A stretch of DNA of 64,000 nucleotides, taken from NCBI GenBank assembly GCA_030390025.1, contig CM059441.1:56234001-56298000 (forward strand), in the 5' to 3' direction. The position numbers and the translations under genes were made by a program. Source of the stretch: Squalus acanthias. Taxonomy: Eukaryota. Below the pieces are notes generated by a model that searched no databases, was not told where the DNA came from, and was given only the letters and a program-made list of their open reading frames with translations. How positions within the stretch are numbered: position 1 is the first letter of the stretch; every line of letters begins with the position of its first letter. This document shows positions 36,960 through 48,689 of this stretch, in pieces.

Positions 36960-38492
36960 ACAAATCCGCACCATCACCAAGACTGCCTACTTCCACCTCC
37001 GTAGTGGGGAAAATGCTAGAGTCCATTATAAAGGTTGTAATAGCTGAGCACTTGAAAAACAGTGACAGGATCGGACAAAGTCAACATGGATTTACAAAAG
37101 GTAAATCGTGCTTGACTAATCTACTGGAATTTTTTGAGGATGTAACTGGGAAAATAGATAAGGGAGAACCAGTAGATGTGGTGTATTTGGACTTTCAAAA
37201 GGCTTTCGATAAGGTCCCACATAAGAGATTAGCGGGTAAAGTTAAGGCACATGGGATTGGGGGCAAGGTATTGACTTGGATAGAGAACTGGTTGGCGGAC
37301 AGAAAGCAGAGAGTAGGAATTAATGGGTCTTTTTCCGAGTGGCAAGCAGTGACTAGTGGGGTACCGCAGGGATCGGTCCTTGGACCCCAGCTATTCACAA
37401 TATACATTAATGATCTGGATAAGGGAACTAAATGTAATATCTCCAAGTTTGCAGATGACACAAAGCTGGGTGGGTGTGTGTGCTCCGAGGAGGATACTGA
37501 GAAACTCCAGGATGATCTGGACAGGTTGGGTGAGTGGGCAGAAGCGTGGCAGATGTAATATAACATGGATAAATGCGAGGTTATCCACTTTGGTGTCAAA
37601 AACAGAAAGGCAGACTATTATCTGAATGGCAATAGATTGGGAGAAGGGGAAGTGCAATGAGACCTGGGTGTCCTTGTGCACCAGTCGCTGAAGGGCAGCA
37701 GGCGGTGAAGAAGGCAAATGGTATGTTGGCCTTCATAGTGAAAGGGTTTGAGTATAGGAACAGGGATGTCCTGCTGCAGTTGTACAGGGCCTTGGTGAGA
37801 CCACACCTTGAGTACTGTGTGCAGTTTTGGTCACCTTATCTGAGGAAGGATATTCTTGCCATGGAAGGAGTTCAGCGAAGATTCACAAGGCTGATACCTG
37901 GGATGGCAGGAATGACATATGAGGAGAGATTGGGTTGATTGGGCTTATACTCGCTGGAGTATAGAAGAATGAGAGGGGATCTCATCGAAACATATAAAAT
38001 TCTGACAGATCTGGACAAACTAGATGCAGGAAGAATGTTCCCGATGGTCGGAGAGTCCAGAACCAGGGGTCATAATCTAAGGATAAGGGGTAAGCCATTT
38101 AGGACAGAAATGAGGAAGAATTTCTTCACCCAGAGAGTGGTGAACCTGTGGAATTCTCTACCACAGAAGGTAGTTGAGGCCAAGTCATTAAATATATTCA
38201 AGAATGAGTTAGATATATTTCTTAAAGCTAAAGGTATCAAGGGATATGGGGAGAAGGCAGGGACAGGGTACTGAGTTTGGATGATCAGCCATGATCTCAT
38301 CGAATGGCGGAGCAGGCTCGAGGGGCCGAATGGCCTACTCCTGCTCCTATCTTCTATGTTTCTATGTAGCATCGCCCGACACTGCTCCTGCCTCAGCTCA
38401 TATGCTGCTGAAACCCTAATCAATGCCTATATTAATTATAGACTTGACTATTCCAACGCTCCCCTGGCTGGCCTCCCATCTTCCACCCTCCG
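36960..38492 (+). mobile_element. L2-type fragment (36960-37004 + 38370-38492) interrupted by a CR1
   Basis: accaagactgcctacttccacctccgtag | catcgcccgac...gctgaaaccctaatcaatgcc...gacttgactattccaac reads as a continuous L2-like ORF2 ([12 protein letters not shown]....AETLI.A....LDYSN). Confidence 0.7.
37001..38367 (+). mobile_element. 5'-truncated CR1, near-identical to the 3' part of the 42835-47486 element
   Basis: Aligns almost base for base with 46109-47486; several nonsense changes and a small deletion near 37693. Confidence 0.95.
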
Positions 38493-38813
38493 ACAGGACT
38501 GAGATCAATCCTTGCTGCAAAAACTGAAGCAAATGTGAATATAGGACAGTGTAACTTTCAATAATAACTAGGGGTCAGTTGCATAGTTGGGCTCTGAACA
38601 TGAAAGAGTGCGTGATTCAGTTAAAGGGACACAATCAACAATTTCTGGCATGAAACCCACATTTCTGTTAACTTTACTCCAAGCACTGAATGTTTGTTTA
38701 TATCAAATTACTCAGTCCCCTATTTTAATGGAGATATTAAACTGTTTATCTTGAGCAGGATTAAAGCACACCCCAGTGTGGCTACTGAAATATGTCCAGA
38801 TACAAGTGTCTGC

Positions 38814-39260
38814 TGTGGCTCAGTGGGTAGCACCCTCTGAGTCAGAAGTGGGTTCAAGTCCCACTCCAGGGACTTGAGCACAAAAATCTAGGCTGACACT
38901 CCAGTGCAGTACTGAGCGAGCACTGCACTGTCGAAGGTGCTGTCTTTCAAATGAGACGTTAAAACCTGCTCTCCCAGGCGGATGTAAAAGATTCCATGGC
39001 ACTATTTCGAAGAAGAGCAGGGGAGTTATCCCCGGTGTCCTGACCAATATTTATCCCTCAATCAACATCACTAAAAACAGATTATCTGGTCATTATCACA
39101 TTGCTGTTTGTGGGAGCTTGCTGTGCGCAAATTGGCTGCTGCGTTTCCTACATTACAACAGTGACTACACTTCAAAAAGTACTTCATTGGCTGTAAAGCG
39201 CTTTGGGATGCCTGGTGGTCATGAAAGGAGCTTTATAAATGCAAGTCTTTATTCTTTTTT
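38814..39260 (+). mobile_element. tRNA-derived DeuSINE (SacSINE1/AmnSINE1-like)
   Basis: A box TGGCTCAGTGGG, B box GGGTTCAAGTCCC, Deu-type core cagtgcagtactgag..gcactgcactgtcg..gtctttc..atgagacgttaaa, T-rich tail. Confidence 0.8.
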
Positions 39261-39381
39261 TCCATGAGCTCCAATATAATATGATTATTGGTGCCTCAGT
39301 GTGAGTCTAGTGTTGAAATGAAGGCAATGTAGATGTAGCACAAATCAGAAATGGGCAACTGGAGTTGGCAACACATAATAC

Positions 39382-39540
39382 CTTTTCTTGTTTGTGGTCT
39401 GTCGGGCTTTTCCTTTGGATTCTTCCGCCGTGTTTCCTTTATATTGGGTTTCTTGGCCTTCTTGCTACCCTTTGTGTTCCGTGACACTGCAGCCTCGGAT
39501 GGCTTCTCCGCAGTCTGCCCTTCCGACCGTGTGCATACAT
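39382..39540 (-). CDS. DKK4: Dickkopf-4, exon 3 (end of CRD1 + basic linker, 159 bp)
   Basis: ttttag|AT...AAA G|gtatta, phase 1-1; (D)VCTRSEGQ...KKPNIKETRRKNPKEKPDRPQTRK(G); joins exons 2 and 4 in frame. Confidence 0.88.
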
Positions 39541-42500
39541 CTAAAAGAGTGAGAACAAAACACACACCTGTCAAAGTGCCAATGGCCCCTCCTCCCAGCA
39601 CCACAATTCACTCGCCTTCTCCAGGGATCAATCTTCTCAAATGATTTCAGTACTTTACCATGAATTGTGTTCACAAGATGGGAAGGCTTTTAAAATTAAC
39701 TTTATTGTGTGAAACTTAACAACGGTAAGTGTAGATTTACGCCGGATGCAGCTGTATAAAAGCATTGCCTTGGGGTAATTGAGAGTGAGGGGAGGGAGTT
39801 AAGATTAAAGATACTTTTCAAAGCTATGTTTCCAAGCAGATTTCTGATGAAACGTGAGTGGAGTTAAAGATTCTCAATTTATACAGGACTCAACTTCACA
39901 AGAGGAGACAGCCAATTTCCTGTTGGGTGAATAACCAGGTTTGCCACAAAATTTGCATTGTTATTGCAAGTGTTCACTCGCAATCATTTACAGCAAGATC
40001 CTGTGCACATTTATTCATCGAGAGATTTTTCGTGTTGAAGTGTTTTTTTTCCCTTGTTGCAGATCCATTTTTCAATACGTACTCTTCCCCCAGTCAGAAA
40101 GCAGCTGCCCTCTTCACAAACATCTGTTAATATAGCCAATGGTAATTATGGTCATTGCTCCTCTGAATTTTCCTTTCTCGTTCATCCCAAGCTCTTAATA
40201 ACTAATCCTACAAACTCTTCCTCCTCCCTCTATCCTTCCTGTGCAAGACCCAAGTTCCATCCTCTTCTCTAAATCATTGGTTCCCAAGAGTTCCAAATTG
40301 TCAAACACCTTAACTTCCTCACACCTTCCTTCCCCCAGCAATCTATTGGCTTCTCCAAACTAAGCCATGAGAACTTTTCACAGAGAACCCTCTGGTTTTA
40401 TCTTGCTCCTTCTGGGGAAGCTGCACTCTGTACCTTCCCCTAAAGGCACAGGTGTGACCAGGGACTTGCCATGTCATAATTAAATGCATGGTCCCTTTGT
40501 TCCACCAAATTCTGACACAATACTTTGCCATACACTATACCATCTTTACTCACAACTTGCTGCACTTTGTAGGAATATAGGAACAGGAGTAGGCCATTCA
40601 GCCCATCAAACCTGTTCTGGCATTCAATTAGATCATGGCTGATCTGAATTGTATAGAATTCTCAATCCAATTAACAACAGTAATCTCCATTTTGTAGTAC
40701 TTTTAACATAAAAACAAGACCAAACATGGAGGGAGAGATTGGAGGAAATGAATGCCTGGTTGAAAAGATAGTTTTTGAGAGTGATTTTAAAAGAGGAGAG
40801 AGAAATGGAGGGGTTCAGCGAAGGGAGTCTAGGCAGCTGAAGGCTCTGCCAGCTATGGGGACGTGAAATGAGGGCTTGACGCTCAAAAAAGGTCAGAGTC
40901 AGAGAACTGAATGGTGTGGGGATATGTGTAGTTGGAGGGGGTTGTGGGAAAGGCCATGGAAGGATTTGAAGGCACGGATGAGGAGTTTAAATTGGATACG
41001 TCGGGGGTCAGAGAGTCAGAGTATGGAGGTGACGCGGGAGTGGGACTTAGAGTGAGACAGGATACAGAGCGCTGTGCTTTGGATAAGAAGGAGTTTGTGG
41101 AGGGTAAAGGATGAGAGGCCAGGAAGGAAGGCATTGCAGTCATGAAGTCTAAAGGTGACAAAAGCATAGTTAAGGGTTTCAACATCAATGGGGCTAAGGT
41201 AAAAAGAGGCATTACCATATCGTAAAGTTCCACTCTGGGACTCTGGGCAGCAAACCAAATTTAGAAGTAAATCAGTGGATGAGGACAATTCAGTAATGTT
41301 GGTTAGATTTTTAGAAGGCATGTGATAAAGTTCCATATGTAAGGGTTTTAATACAATCAAGACATATATGAAAGGAAAATTTGCTAGTCATATTAAAAAG
41401 CTGGTAACAGCAGCAAAAGGTGACAATAAAAGGAAAATAGCTCTATCTGGGAGCAGTGACTAGTAAAGATCTATAGGGAATTTTTATGTTTCCCCTGTTG
41501 TTTCATAACCGATATGGAGATGAGTACTTATGATATGTTGGTGTGTACAGGTTGCTTAGTCAAGACGCTTTAGCCATATGAGAGCAGCTACTTGTGGCCT
41601 GACCTTACTGTCACTGAATCTGATCCAGCATTGTCTCAGTAAGTCAAGACACACTAGATATGCAAGTAACTCAAAGCATAGTTTCAAAACCAAATGGTAT
41701 GATTGGAAAAAAGAAATACCCTCTGCTGCATTGAGGCACAGTACAATTTTTCAAGTAAAAATTTAAATAAACAACATTTCATATTTAATACCTTCTGTAT
41801 GGTGCATGTAATGTATAGTAAGTTGTAAAGCAGCCTGTCTGACTGCTCAAACACCCCATTGTCCGAGAGGCTGACAAATGCTCACTGATTGGAGTTTCTA
41901 ACCATGCACCCAATTACATGAGGTTTTTAGCACGACATAATTTGATGTATGTGTGTGTGTGAACGTGCATAATTAGTTTGAAGTGTAGGGAATCCCCAAC
42001 TGTAGGTGCAAGTAAGGGTACTGCATCACCCAGTGCATTTTTCCCTTGCTATCAGGAACACAACTACAGGGTACAAGGGTCCAACGTTATTGTATCTGGG
42101 GAATGGATTGGTGGAACAACATGGAGCACCATGAGGGTTACAAGAATCTGAGCTCCCACAGTTCTTGATTTTGGCTAGTTCGTCTGGGAGGCCTGTAACT
42201 TTCTCAAGGGGAAGTCCTGCTGTATCTGGCTAGTTGCTTGGATGGGAAATTTTTCATAGCTTGAAGTTGGGAGAAGGGAAGAAAGAGGCAAAATAACTAA
42301 AGAATAGGAAAATAATATGCACACAAGTGTAACTAGCTTATTATCCTGGATTATAGGTTAACACCACAAGGCACTGCTGATTTAATGTTCCCTCTGAAAG
42401 TGGATGTGGTTCTCTACTACATGAACTTCCAGTGTTTCGAGTTATTTTTTGTGCAAGAGGCAATAAAACTGAGAAATTCCTTAAGATATGGGTGGGATTA

Positions 42501-42834
42501 GTGGTGGGAAATAAACCATCCGCATGATTCAACTATAATTGTTTTTGAAGTCCAAATTTGATGATTGCCAAAATCCCAGGCAAAGTGCACCAGCAGAAAT
42601 AGAGAAACCAGCAATACTGCAAGGTAAATCAGCATCTTGTTAATTACAGCCCCTACTAGAGGTGGTGCTGCAATGCCTCCATTGGCAGGAGAGTATAATT
42701 GCAGTGTGACAAGTTTACATCGACATTTTCCATTATAGATATGGACCTAGGAATTTATAATGGAAAAGTTGCCAAGGAGTGTGTGCAGATGTAAGATTTT
42801 CAATATATTACAGATATATGACTCTCATCCCCCA

Positions 42835-45800
42835 ACAGAGGCGGCGGACCTGGGTGGAGCGACAGCGGCGAGGCGGCGGCCATAAAAGGTGGCAGCGACC
42901 AGGTAGGCGACCAATCTGAGCCCCGAGAGCGGGAGAGAGAGAAGTAAAAAATAATCAAAGTGTGACGTCACCAGAAAGCAGGTAAGTGATTGGTTGGTGA
43001 GTATTTCTCTTTTTCTCCTTTTTCCAAACTTAAATTTTGTGGTTTAAAGTTTCTAGGGTCTCTGTGGTGTAGCGGGGAAAGTTGGTAAACAAGGGCCCTA
43101 TATCATTTAATTATAGTATAATTGGTGGGATTGATTGATTTAATTTAAGTTCAATTAATTAAAGCGGAGAGCGGCTGGAGAGCGCCAAACCTCGGGAGAT
43201 TTCAAAGGTGAGCTACAACGGACCGGTGAGTGTAAAGAAGTAAAAAGTAATCGAAGTGTGACATCACCAGAAAGCAGGTAAGTGATTGGTTGGTGAGTAT
43301 TTCTCTCTTTCTCCTTTTTTCCATACTTAAATTCTGTGGTTTATAGTTTCTTGAGTCTCTGTGGTGTAGCGGGGACTGCTGTTAAGCAAGGGCCCTTGAG
43401 TATATCATTTAATTGAAGTGAAATTGGTGGGATTCAATTAGTTTAATTTTAATTAATTAATTAAAGGATAAGTCATGGCAGGAGAGCCCCGTGATATGCT
43501 CCTCCTGCTATATGTGGGAAATCAGGGACGCTTCCTGTGTCCCTGACGACCATGTGTGTGGGAAATGTATCCAGCTGCAGCTACTGACGGACCGCATTGC
43601 GGCGCTGGAGCTGCGGATGGATGCATATTGGAGCATTCGTGACGCTGAGAACGTCGTGGATAACATGTTTAGCGAGTTGGTCCCACCGCAGGTAAAGGGT
43701 GCACAGGCAGAAAGTGAATGGGTGACCACCAGGCAGAGTAAGAGGTGCAGGGGTCCCCTGTGGCCATTCCCCTCTCAAACAGATATACCACTTTGGATGC
43801 TGTTGGGGGGATGACTTATCAAGGGAAGGCGGCAGCAGCCAACTTCCTGGCACCATGGGTGGCTCTGCTGCACAGGATGGGAGGAAAAAGTGTGGAAGAG
43901 CTATAGTGATAGGGGATTCAATTGTAAGGGGAATAGATAGGTATTTCTGCGGCTGCAAACGAGACTCCAGGATGGTGTGTTGCCTCCCTGGTGCAAGGGT
44001 CAAGGACGTCTCGGAGCGGCTACAGAACATTTTGGAGGGGGAGGGCGAACAGCCAGTTGTCGTGGTGCACATAGGCATCAACGATATAGGTAAAAAACGG
44101 GATGAGGTCCTAAAAGCAGAATATAGGGAGTTAGGAGGTAAATTAAAAAATAGGACCTCAAAGGTAGTAATCTCAGGATTGCTACCAGTGCCACGTGCTA
44201 GTCAGAGTAGAAATAGGAGGATATTTCAAATGAATACGTGGCTAGAAGAATGGTGCAAGAGGGAGGGATTCAAATTCCTTGGACATTGGAACCGGTTCTG
44301 GGGGAGGTGGGACCAGTACAAACGAGACGGTCTGCACCTGGGCAGGGCAGGGCCGGGACCGATGTCCTAGGGGGAGTGTTTGCTAGTGCTGTTGGGGAGG
44401 GTTTAAACTAAAGTGGCAGGGCGTTGGGAACCTGAGCAGGGAGACAGAGGAAAGGGAAACAAGGATAAAAGCTAAAGACAGGAAGGAGAAAAACAAAAGT
44501 AGAAGGCAAAGAACTCAACGGTTTAAATCAAACATGGTCACAGTAAATAATAATTCATATAGGTCTGAGAGCGTTAAAAAAACAAGCCTAAAGGCTTTGT
44601 GTCTTAATGCAAGGAGCATTCGGAACAAGGTGGACGAATTAGCTGCGCAAATAGAGGTAAATGAATACGATTTGATTGGGATTACAGAAACATGGCTCCA
44701 GGGTGGCCAAGGCTGGGAACTCAACATCCAGGGTTATTCAATATTTAGGAAAGATAGGCAAAAAAGAAAGGGAGGTGGGGTAGCATTGCTGGTTAAAGAG
44801 GGGATTAACACAATTGAAAGGAAGGATATTAGCTCTGATGATGCGGAATCTGTATGGGTAGAACTGAGAAATAACAAGGGGCAGAAAACGTTAGTGGGAG
44901 TGGTATATAGACCTCCGAACAGTAATACGGAGGTTGGGGACGGCATTAAAAGGGAAATTAGAGAAGCATGCAGTAAGGGCACAGAAGTCATCATGGGTGA
45001 CTTTAATTTACATATAGATTGGGCTAACCAAATTAGTAAAAATACTGTGGAGGAGGAATTCCTAGAATGTTTACGGGATGGTTTTCTGGAACAATATGTC
45101 GAGGAACCAACCAGAGATCAGGCCATCTTAGACTGGGTATTATGTAACGAGAAAGGATTAATTAGCAATCTTGTTGTACGAGGCCCCTTGGGTCAGAGTG
45201 ATCATAATATGATAGAATTCTTCATTAGGATGGAGAGTGAAGTAGTTGAATCAGAGACTAGGGTCCTGAATTTAAATAAAGGAAACTACGATGGTATGAG
45301 GCGCGAATTGGGTAGGATTGATTGGGGAATGTCACTCAAGGGGTTGACGGTGGATAGGCAATGGCAAACATTCAAAGACTGCATGGATGAACTACAGAAT
45401 TTGTTCATCCCAGTGTGGCATAAGAATAAAACAAAAAGGGTGACTCAACCGTGGCTAACAAGGGAAATTAGGGATAGCATAAGATTCAAGGAGAGGGCAT
45501 ATAAATTGGCCAGAAAAAGTGGTAACCCTGAGGATTGGGAGCAGTTTAGGATTCAACAAAGGAGGACAAAGGGATTAATTAAGAAGGGGAAAATAGAATA
45601 TGAAAGTAAGCTTGCTGGGAACATAAAAACTGACTGTAAGAGCTTTTATAGATATGTGAAGAGAAAAAGATTAGTGAAATCAAGTGTAGGTCCCTTGCAG
45701 TCAGAAGCGGGGGAAGTTATAATGGGGAACAAAGAAATGGCAGACCAATTAAATGCATATTTTGGTTCTGTCTTCACAAAGGAGGACACAAATAACCTCC

Positions 45801-47486
45801 CAGAGATGTTGGAGAACATACGGTCTGATGAAAGGGAGGAACTGAAAGAAATCAGTATTTGCAGGGAAATGGTGTTAGGGAAATTGATGGGATTGAAGGC
45901 CGATAAATCCCCAGGGCCTGATAATCTACATCCTAGGGTACTTAAGGAAGTGGCCCTAGAAATAATAGATGCATTGCTGATCATCTTCCAACATTCGATG
46001 GAATCTGGAACTGTACCCATGGATTGGAGGGTAGCTAATGTTACCCCACTATTCAAAAAGGGTGGTAGAGAGAAAGCGGGGAATTATAGACCGGTAAGCT
46101 TGACATCGGTAGTGGGGAAAATGCTAGAGTCCATTATAAAGGATGTAATAGCTGAGCACTTGAAAAACAGTGACAGGATCGGACAAAGTCAACATGGATT
46201 TACAAAAGGTAAATCGTGCTTGACTAATCTACTGGAATTTTTTGAGGATGTAACTGGGAAAATAGATAAGGGAGAACCAGTAGATGTGGTGTATTTGGAC
46301 TTTCAAAAGGCTTTCGATAAGGTCCCGCATAAGAGATTAGCGTGTAAAGTTAAGGCACATGGGATTGGGGGCAAGGTATTGACTTGGATAGAGAACTGGT
46401 TGGCGGACAGAAAGCAGAGAGTAGGAATTAATGGGTCTTTTTCCGAGTGGCAAGCAGTGACTAGTGGGGTACCGCAGGGATCGGTCCTTGGACCCCAGCT
46501 ATTCACAATATACATTAATGATCTAGATAAGGGAACTAAATGTAATATCTCCAAGTTTTCAGATGACACAAAGCTGGGTGGGAGTGTGTGCTGCGAAGAG
46601 GATACCGAGAAACTCCAGGATGATTTGGACAGGTTGGGTGAGTGGGCAGAAGCGTGGCAGATGCAATATAACGTGGATAAATGCGAGGTTATCCACTTTG
46701 GTGTCAAAAACAGAAAGGCAGACTATTATCTGAATGGCAATAGATTGGGAGAAGGGGAAGTGCAACGAGACCTGGGTGTCCTTGTGCACCAGTCGCTGAA
46801 AGTAAGCATGCAGGTGCAGCAGGCGGTGAAGAAGGCAAATGGTATGTTGGCCTTCATAGTGAAAGGGTTTGAGTATAGGAACAGGGATGTCCTGCTGCGG
46901 TTGTACAGGGCCTTGGTGAGACCACACCTTGAGTACTGTGTGCAGTTTTGGTCACCTTATCTGAGGAAGGATATTCTTGCCATGGAAGGAGTTCAGCGAA
47001 GATTCACAAGGCTGATACCTGGGATGGCAGGAATGACATATGAGGAGAGATTGGGTCAATTGGGCTTATACTCGCTGGAGTTTAGAAGAATGAGAGGGGA
47101 TCTCATCGAAACATATAAAATTCTGACAGGTCTGGACAAACTAGATGCAGGAAGAATGTTCCCGATGGTCGGAGAGTCCAGAACCAGGGGTCATAATCTA
47201 AGGATAAGGGGTAAGCCATTTAGGACAGAAATGAGGAAGAATTTCTTCACCCAGAGAATGGTGAACCTGTGGAATTCTCTACCACAGAAGGTAGTTGAGG
47301 CCAAGTCATTAAATATATTCAAGAATGAGTTAGATATATTTCTTAAAGCTAAAGGTATCAAGGGATATGGGGAGAAGGCAGCTACTGGGTATTGAGTTTG
47401 GATGATCAGCCATGATCTCATTGAATGACGGAGCAGGCTCGAGGGGCCGAATGGCCTACTCCTGCTCCTATCTTCTATGTTTCTAT
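42835..47486 (+). mobile_element. full-length CR1 LINE: duplicated 5' UTR monomers, frameshifted ORF1, open ORF2
   Basis: GC-rich 5' end, ORF1 pieces (43475-44410: CSSCYMW..HVCGKC, GDS, HIGIND, DGLH), ORF2, 3' hairpin and TTCTATG tail. Confidence 0.95.
44534..47395 (+). CDS. CR1 ORF2 (APE + RT), uninterrupted 953 aa, with FSDD in place of FADD
   Basis: All APE and RT motifs present; TTT TCA GAT GAC at 46556-46567. Confidence 0.95.
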   Translation: MVTVNNNSYRSESVKKTSLKALCLNARSIRNKVDELAAQIEVNEYDLIGITETWLQGGQGWELNIQGYSIFRKDRQKRKGGGVALLVKEGINTIERKDISSDDAESVWVELRNNKGQKTLVGVVYRPPNSNTEVGDGIKREIREACSKGTEVIMGDFNLHIDWANQISKNTVEEEFLECLRDGFLEQYVEEPTRDQAILDWVLCNEKGLISNLVVRGPLGQSDHNMIEFFIRMESEVVESETRVLNLNKGNYDGMRRELGRIDWGMSLKGLTVDRQWQTFKDCMDELQNLFIPVWHKNKTKRVTQPWLTREIRDSIRFKERAYKLARKSGNPEDWEQFRIQQRRTKGLIKKGKIEYESKLAGNIKTDCKSFYRYVKRKRLVKSSVGPLQSEAGEVIMGNKEMADQLNAYFGSVFTKEDTNNLPEMLENIRSDEREELKEISICREMVLGKLMGLKADKSPGPDNLHPRVLKEVALEIIDALLIIFQHSMESGTVPMDWRVANVTPLFKKGGREKAGNYRPVSLTSVVGKMLESIIKDVIAEHLKNSDRIGQSQHGFTKGKSCLTNLLEFFEDVTGKIDKGEPVDVVYLDFQKAFDKVPHKRLACKVKAHGIGGKVLTWIENWLADRKQRVGINGSFSEWQAVTSGVPQGSVLGPQLFTIYINDLDKGTKCNISKFSDDTKLGGSVCCEEDTEKLQDDLDRLGEWAEAWQMQYNVDKCEVIHFGVKNRKADYYLNGNRLGEGEVQRDLGVLVHQSLKVSMQVQQAVKKANGMLAFIVKGFEYRNRDVLLRLYRALVRPHLEYCVQFWSPYLRKDILAMEGVQRRFTRLIPGMAGMTYEERLGQLGLYSLEFRRMRGDLIETYKILTGLDKLDAGRMFPMVGESRTRGHNLRIRGKPFRTEMRKNFFTQRMVNLWNSLPQKVVEAKSLNIFKNELDIFLKAKGIKGYGEKAATGY

Positions 47487-48689
47487 ATATATGTTATATG
47501 CTTAGAAGTTTCAAAATGCACACAGTTAATACATTTTGCATGATATCTTTGCAAAACCTGACTTTACCTGCCAATTACTGACTTCTCCATGGCTTCAGTT
47601 GTCAATTGCATTGGCAAGTGAAAAATTGCAGCAGTTTCAGGCACTATCTCCTGGCAACATGTGGGCACAGTGCTAGCAAAGTGGTCCTAAGAATCAATTG
47701 CCCCAGCCCATGTACTTGACTAAAGGTGAGTGAAAACAGCTGTCTGAATCAAGCTAAGATTGACGTAGTTTAAAAGATGCATTATACCCTTGCTGCGTAT
47801 CTTTTTACAGGTTTAAAGTGTTTACAGTCCCCATCACTCTGCCTACATCACAATGACTACTTCAGCTGCATCCCAGAGGTTGGTTTTCCCATCCAGCAGA
47901 TTTTATTAATATACCACTATGTTTTTACCTCAGCTATTTTCTCCCCTCTTGAAAGCTTTGACTCTTTGCTGGGATACAGTACAATGGGAGCCAGTAAGCC
48001 TCTAGCACTTTGCTCAAGTAGCTATTTCACTGTAGAAGGAATTACAGCCAAGAGCGACCCTGTCCTCATCCAGTGCCCACAAGTATACTACATAGCGATC
48101 TAGAGCGGGAACCACTGCTGATTGTTCCATTGCCTAATCCAAAGAGCTGTGGCCAACTGTAATATTACCACTGTACCCTGGCTGAGATGAGCTAGCTCAC
48201 CAGGGATCAAAGCTGGCACCTTCCCAGTATGTATAATTATCTCTGCTTTCAGCCTGAAGTCTATTCAAAAGAGACACTGATTGCATGAGCCCTGGAATGT
48301 GCATGGTTTCCAGCTCTATGTTGGATAAAGGTTCTTTACTGCTTGCTGAGGAGTATGTTTGTTTTTGCAAAACTCACCTTAATTATGCTTTTCGCTTGAC
48401 TAAAACTATTTCTGGGTCTTTAAGCATAACAAATGAATCCACTAAAAAAGGAATAGGATACCTCTTCTTTGGAGATGAATTGATTAGGGAAGAGCTGCAA
48501 GCACTACCATGAATGAGGAGCAGCAGGAGAGCAGAGACTGAAAGGACAAAGGATCTGGAATTGCCAATTGCTTTGTTTTTTGTGTCAGCAAAGCTGGGAA
48601 CATAAACAACAGAATGAGAAAATGCCACGCAGCGCACAAGCTCACTCCTTCCACTTAACTAGCTTGGCGAGTGCCATTTCCAACCCTGT

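Noticed and set aside
39296-39604. ORF with an apparent signal peptide (MVLGGGAIGTLTGVCFVLTLL)
   Set aside because: The hydrophobic part is the translated polypyrimidine tract of the DKK4 exon 3 acceptor and the start is not ATG
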